Below, one piece after another: positions 58,738 to 64,000 of a stretch of DNA of 64,000 bases (positions are counted from its first letter, which is position 1; the number at the start of each line of letters is the position of its first letter). The translations under genes were made by a program, and so were the position numbers. Source of the stretch: Gemmatimonadota bacterium. GTDB taxonomy: Bacteria; Gemmatimonadota; Gemmatimonadetes; Gemmatimonadales; GWC2-71-9. The stretch is taken from the NCBI GenBank assembly GCA_036679605.1, contig JAZDCZ010000407.1, forward strand, positions 91,417 through 155,416, in the 5' to 3' direction. Under the pieces are notes generated by a model that did not search any database, was not told the DNA's origin, and worked only from the letters and a program-made list of their open reading frames with translations.

Positions 58738-59276
58738 GTTTTATCGTGAGGATGCCCCGCTGACGGTCCGAGTCGAGCCACCGCTTTTTGGCAGATACTG
58801 CGGCGTTATCGTGAGTCCTACCGGAATGCCTCGCCCTAGAGATGCAACGCGTCGCTCGCCCCATGCTGGCCAAAGGCTCTCTAAATCCGATTCGTCCAGC
58901 GAGAGTATGTCGAAGTCAAGTTTGTCATCATCGATACCCCTAGCCTGACGGGATGCTAAGCGAGCCTCCGCGTCGTCCGCGACCTCACCTATGCTCCGGA
59001 CCACCCTGGGGTCGCGCCGAGTTGTGAGATCGCAACCTTGCCGCTCATTATCGTTGACGAGGAAATTGAAGTCTATGCTGTCCATGCAATGCCGCACGGT
59101 GTAAAAACCATATAGAGAGAGGATTCGCTATCCGTCATCCGGGACGACGATGTTGTGGGTCCCGTATTCTTTCTCCGCAAACAACGGGGAGTCCGCTGCC
59201 TGTGTGATTCTCCCGCCGAGCGACCTCGGTTGCCGCCTTGACACAGTTGGACAAAATCTTGCGCGCCTTATCGCAG

Positions 59277-60365
59277 CTAAGGGTAGGCAATGGACAGATT
59301 GTCCCATTGCCCGCTTTCAGCAATGGAATGTTCCTCCTTGAGTACCAGTTCTCCGTCCTTGTAGATGCTGATTGAAAACAGCACCTGCTCATTTACGCCG
59401 TTGTAATTGTTCCCTGCAGACACTTGAACCCGATAAAACCCGTCCCATGCCGCGCCTTCTAGCCAACCTAATCCTTCTTGTTGTGAGCGGTTAGAATTGT
59501 ATTTATCGGTGGGATCCACCACAGTTAGACTGAATGTGACAGGCGAGAGAGGAGTGACTTTGAACAGGATATCGTATCCCTTGCCAGCGGGTTCTTCATC
59601 CACATCCATGACATCTCCACTTCCGTCATCCATGACATCGCCATCCATGACATCGCCATCCATAACATCGCCACTTCCGTCACTCACTACAGTGGTATCG
59701 TTCATGGATTTCCAGTTGAGTGGTTTGTCCGACTCCATGTCGTCGAAGTAGGCACCGTCGGCGCGAGCTTGCCAAATGGACACGGCCACATCCAACCAAC
59801 TTTTGTCTTGGCCATCGCCAAGTTCGTCGTTCTGGAAGGCTGATGCGTATGTCAAAATTTCCTCGCCTGTCAGTAGGAAGTCGCCGTTCGTGTCGGCAGG
59901 ATGCGCTTCTTGTTGCTTCGCATCTTCGTCGATGATGATTGATTTCCAGTTGAGTGGTTTGTCCGACTCCATGTCGTCGAAGTAGGCACCGTCGGCGCGA
60001 GCCTGCCAAATGGACACGGCCACATCCAACCAGTTTTTGTCTTGGCCATCGTCAAGTTCGTCGTTCTGGAAGGCCACCCCATATGCAAGAACCTCCTCGC
60101 TGTCGATGATGAAGTCGCCATTTGTGTCGGCGGGATGCGGTTCTGCTTCGATTGTATCCGCATCGGATTCGGCTTCAGTAGCCGAATCAGTGCTTCCAAT
60201 TATGGCATCCAACAATTCGCTGCCAAGTCTGTCACCGAGGTTGATATCGCCGATGTTGAGGTCGCCGTTGAAGTTCAGCCCGCCCACATCTATGGGAATT
60301 CCGCCGACATCTACTCCACCGCATCCTACAATGAACAAGGCACCCATCGCAATAAATAATTTCAT
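59277..60365 (-). CDS. Acidic lipoprotein with duplicated EF-hand/dockerin-like module
   Basis: GAGG RBS, lipobox IVGC; HPADTNGDF...AVSIWQARADGAYF twice (234-nt period). Confidence 0.75.
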   Translation of the reverse strand: MKLFIAMGALFIVGCGGVDVGGIPIDVGGLNFNGDLNIGDINLGDRLGSELLDAIIGSTDSATEAESDADTIEAEPHPADTNGDFIIDSEEVLAYGVAFQNDELDDGQDKNWLDVAVSIWQARADGAYFDDMESDKPLNWKSIIIDEDAKQQEAHPADTNGDFLLTGEEILTYASAFQNDELGDGQDKSWLDVAVSIWQARADGAYFDDMESDKPLNWKSMNDTTVVSDGSGDVMDGDVMDGDVMDDGSGDVMDVDEEPAGKGYDILFKVTPLSPVTFSLTVVDPTDKYNSNRSQQEGLGWLEGAAWDGFYRVQVSAGNNYNGVNEQVLFSISIYKDGELVLKEEHSIAESGQWDNLSIAYP

Positions 60366-60562
60366 CGTTCCTCTCCTTTTTTCACACTTGGCCCACCGAC
60401 ATTCGGCGTCCTCAAATTGAGTGTACGATTCAGGCTGATAAACGCAAATAGAAATCTTTGTGGTTATCGGCTTCTGGTGAGCGGAAAAACGACTCCTCAA
60501 GATGCTCCAAGACATTAAATCTGCCTTTTTATTGCTTTGATATATGTTTTACGGGCATGTAT

Positions 60563-62044
60563 ATGACATTCCACGCTAGGCGGATATTATTGGCCGAGGC
60601 TGGGGATTTCTATCCCCAGCTCGTATCCGCGTTGGAGAGGAATCGAGGCCGAGGTTTTTGGATACATTTTTCAGACATTCCGAAAATTGGCATTCGACCC
60701 AATTCCACCCATAAAGATCCAGTGGGCATTTATTTTTTCCCTCTTGACCACATAGCATCCGACTTCAGCAAATATCATCATTGGGCATTCCGAAAATACA
60801 TGTTCGTATGTCGCGTCGATGCGACGAATGTATTGAATCTATCGACCGTGACGGAGGGGGACGCAGAGTCTATGCTAACTGAGGCGGGTGTGGAGGAAGG
60901 CTCCCACGCCTGGTCGGCGGGGTCTCCTGGTGGCCGACTGTGGAGAGCGCTTGACGAGGCTGCCCGCTCCGGCGGCGAATGGGGATCCAGTCGCGGCATG
61001 GCTTTCAGGCGGCTGCTGAAGGGATTCGGCTATGACGCTGTAAGAGATCCAGGGACGGGTACTATACATGGCAACGAACCAGATCAGCTCGTCGTTCTTG
61101 ACCCAAGTGACATCGAGGTCGTCGAAATGGTCAAAACGACGACTAAGCCGCATGACGCCGATGCGTATTATCGTGATCCCAAATATCCGTTTCACGGGCG
61201 CAGTAGCAAACCAGCCTTGGAATTGCTGCAGTCGCTCGCCTCGGCGGTCGGTTTGAAGTCAGGTCGTATGTCCTCGTACGGCAAAGGCCTGTGGACCATG
61301 CGGGCGAAGGATGGTGATGGCAACGAGATTAGATTGTCCGAGGAACTGCATACATCTGGTGCTGCGGACTATGTATCCTTTCGTGTCAATTTTTCCGCGT
61401 CGTGGTATTCGGACGGCGAGCAGGCTTACGAGGCCAGCGATGGTCTGCACGGTCATGGTTTCGATTTCGATGTACATTCGGATTACGGTGAAGTCGTGGC
61501 TCCGTTCGCCGAACAACTCCGCGACAAGCTTGCGGATATACCTATGGACGACACATCGCATGTCGAGAAGCCGTTACGAAAGATCGCCGATGCCATCGGC
61601 GGAGCGAAGGTGAGCTTAGAGTCACCCGTACGCGGCACATTGACCAAGAAGATCAAGGGAAGCGAACTCCGTGTCTCCCTTAGTTTTGAGCATCCGGAGA
61701 GTTCACATAGGACTGTAGAGCCGTCATACGACATAAGTGGTGTCGTAGTGCTGCCGAGAAGTTCTGTGGGGGACATGTCTATAAATCCGAGTTTTGGCCA
61801 TGACATCGAGCAGATTCCGGCGCCAAACATTGTCGGGGATGTCGTGAATGGCTTGCCCCAGTGGATTCGTGAGGTCATGGAGACGCATTTTCCGGCTGCC
61901 GACGCGAGATATGATCATATCCGCCGTCACACTGCCCCAGTGCTGAAATTCCTAGATAGTCGGCTCGCGCCAGCGAGGGCTGCTGGATACCACAGGGTCG
62001 CCGCACTTGTCTCAAGACCGTTTGCGCGGTATAATACAGCATGA
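60563..62044 (+). CDS. Protein with N-terminal ADP-ribosyltransferase-like (PolyVal-type) domain
   Basis: IHFS...GIYFF...GFGYDAVRD...EPDQLVVLDPSDIEVV. Confidence 0.55.
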   Translation: MTFHARRILLAEAGDFYPQLVSALERNRGRGFWIHFSDIPKIGIRPNSTHKDPVGIYFFPLDHIASDFSKYHHWAFRKYMFVCRVDATNVLNLSTVTEGDAESMLTEAGVEEGSHAWSAGSPGGRLWRALDEAARSGGEWGSSRGMAFRRLLKGFGYDAVRDPGTGTIHGNEPDQLVVLDPSDIEVVEMVKTTTKPHDADAYYRDPKYPFHGRSSKPALELLQSLASAVGLKSGRMSSYGKGLWTMRAKDGDGNEIRLSEELHTSGAADYVSFRVNFSASWYSDGEQAYEASDGLHGHGFDFDVHSDYGEVVAPFAEQLRDKLADIPMDDTSHVEKPLRKIADAIGGAKVSLESPVRGTLTKKIKGSELRVSLSFEHPESSHRTVEPSYDISGVVVLPRSSVGDMSINPSFGHDIEQIPAPNIVGDVVNGLPQWIREVMETHFPAADARYDHIRRHTAPVLKFLDSRLAPARAAGYHRVAALVSRPFARYNTA

Positions 62045-62262
62045 TGAGACACCTGAATGACAAGGGACCAAATTTCCGGGACGAGTCCGGTTGCTTTTTC
62101 CTTGTGAGATGTTTCTCGTGCGGCGGCACTTATGGCACGGAGAACTGGGCACCCGCAGTCGCGTCCGGCTCGTGCGCGTGGTGCGGCTGGAAGGAATCTA
62201 ATAGTCATTCAAGAACCGCACAGGATCGTACGGACGATAACCTGCGATCCATTTTTGGCTGA
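62041..62262 (+). CDS. Small zinc-ribbon protein
   Basis: RCFSCG...CAWCGW. Confidence 0.55.
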   Translation: MMRHLNDKGPNFRDESGCFFLVRCFSCGGTYGTENWAPAVASGSCAWCGWKESNSHSRTAQDRTDDNLRSIFG

Positions 62263-62297
62263 TCTCTTTATACTGTCTTTATAGGCAGTGAAATTTT

Positions 62298-62741
62298 ATG
62301 AGCAGATATCACGCCATAGCCACGCTGTATGACAGTGGGTTCGCATCGGATTACACCTGTGACTCGTGCGGCAGCAGGGTGAAGTCCAACGCGTTGCCTG
62401 ATGGATGGATCGAGAATGGCGAGTCACATCGGTGTTCCGAGTGTGCATTTGTCAACCCAGAGAAATCCGCGACCGTATTTCAAGGCATGAGTGTGTCTGA
62501 GGGAGCTGACTTCGTGATGGCGCAGCTCAGTCGAGAGGATCTTGAGTACGCCGCCGATTCCGCAAGGGGTGAATATCGTGGATTCGCGGCTCTGCATGAT
62601 CGGATGGACGCGAACATGTTATTGCCATTCGCTGACGATGACTCCACATGGACTGACGGCATCATCTCGGAGCATGTCGCATTCGTCACATTCGCAAACG
62701 CCGTGATGGATGAGGTGAGCCGCCGTATCCTGAACGTCTAG
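62298..62741 (+). CDS. Zinc-ribbon hypothetical protein
   Basis: CDSCG...LPDGW...HRCSEC. Confidence 0.55.
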   Translation: MSRYHAIATLYDSGFASDYTCDSCGSRVKSNALPDGWIENGESHRCSECAFVNPEKSATVFQGMSVSEGADFVMAQLSREDLEYAADSARGEYRGFAALHDRMDANMLLPFADDDSTWTDGIISEHVAFVTFANAVMDEVSRRILNV

Positions 62742-63099
62742 CGCAGCCCACGATTCCTTGCCTCACATGCGAGAATATGGTATGCCCTGCGATCCTCCGG
62801 ATTCAGCCACCCAGATGCCCCAAAACTTGGCTGTGCCGGACAGGGTATACACAGGCTACAGTGCCATACAAGCCTTGTGCCGACTGCTATCGCACGCAGG
62901 CCATCCAACGCCCTTAACAGCTCATCGCGGCTCGCGCCACTGGGCGATATCCGTACGCTGTCGTTCGGCGGCGGCAGTGGCGCATGTATTGTCATTGTGT
63001 CATCGGGCATACCGAATTATACCTCGTGAAGGCACAGATGTCAATCGCCTAGGTCAATCGCTTGTTTTCAGGTCCAGATTCGTCTATAATAAGCATATG

Positions 63100-64000
63100 G
63101 TCAATTACCACCGGCACAAGGCTGGTGGTTTGCAGCTAGGCTGAGAGCCTGCCGCATCGTAATGCTGGAAATGTCACACGCTATCGGCGTGTAACAAGTC
63201 CTGCATTTCGGCTGATTGACAGCAACCTGCCCACCGGGCGCTTTGCGGCGCGAGGTGGGAGAGCAGGGAACTGACGCATGGAGCTTGGCATCAGCCTCAT
63301 GCACAAAAAGGATGTTCTTGGCGGCATTAGTGTCAGAATGACAGCAAACACCACACATCCTGCAAAGGAACCTAGAACCCTGCCTGTTCCTAGATTCCGT
63401 GTGTCCGCACTTGAAGCAGCGCTGGCTGGTATACGCAGGGGGGACGGTTACGACCGTCTTTCCCAGCGCCATGGCTTTGTAGGTCAGACAGAAGAGAAAG
63501 ACATGGAACGGCCAACTACTGATTTCGCGGTTGAGCCGTCTGCCCCTTCTCTTGTTCCTGATCCCGTGCAAATCCTCAAGCGCGAACACGCTTACCCCAG
63601 ATGTGTCCGCAATGCTTCTACTGACCACATGACACACATCGCGGCTGCCCGTGATTTTGGGAGGGGCTTCCATCTCGTAGTTGAGGTTGAGCCTGAATCC
63701 GCCGCGCCTGTCGTATTTCAGCGTGGCGGCTTTGCATCTCCAATTTTGGACAACTTTCTGGAAGTGTTCAGGGATACGCAGAACCAGCGTGTCGTCGGGC
63801 TGGCTGAAGCCTCTTGCATCACAATCGAGCATAATCCTGAAGCGCCTGCCGATGCAAGAGAGGGTCAGAAGGTTGCCCCGCACGGAGAGGGTGCGAAGAT
63901 TATACCTGACACTGAGGGTGTTCTTTCTGGGCGTCTTCCATTCACCATTGCTACCCTTGTTGCATCTTTTGGATGCCTCAAGGGCGCAATCCCTCGTCGT
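63100..64000 (-). mobile_element. tnpB: IS200/IS605-family tnpB (5' end outside window) with right end/omegaRNA; RuvC-I segment missing
   Basis: LEDLHGIR, PAYTSQRCFKCG, FLCRMCG, HSDTNAAKNI; right-end hairpin ending GTAATTGAC. Confidence 0.85.

Noticed and set aside
59707..60140. Near-identical repeat pair as DGR template and variable regions
   Set aside because: Both copies are in frame in one ORF, differences are not confined to adenines, and no reverse transcriptase is present.
1..64000. Alternative genetic code or stop-codon reassignment
   Set aside because: Long conserved genes read through with the standard code, all three stops are used, and no suppressor anticodon was found.

Overview
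This gene-dense 64 kb window looks like part of a very large phage or other mobile genome rather than a bacterial core chromosome. It has many short unknown ORFs, isolated host-like genes (GS, FtsH, NusG, TopoVI-B, NUDIX), a collagen-like/putative structural block with glycosyltransferases, two C5 DNA methyltransferases, IS remnants and three tRNA clusters. No capsid, terminase or portal gene is recognisable, so the phage identity and a possible Planctomycetota host are inferences. The main finding is that each tRNA cluster sits behind its own sigma70-like promoter and a 20-29 aa leader ORF, too short for the ORF track, enriched in codons read by that cluster's tRNAs (Glu/Gln/Ala; Leu/Pro/Trp/Tyr; Lys/Arg). 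In two clusters the leader is followed by a homologous, covarying antiterminator/terminator pair. This suggests codon-sensing translational attenuators that switch on replacement tRNAs when the matching host tRNAs are depleted. Other notable items are a Ro60 gene with compact Y-RNA-like units upstream, further RNA-repair-type genes, tRNAs with non-canonical C33/A37 loops, a 166-nt tRNA-like RNA, a Vps4-like ATPase plus an ESCRT-III/Snf7-like protein, and a RuvC-I-deleted TnpB with a stand-alone omegaRNA-like copy. All calls were made by eye; no searches or folding programs were run.
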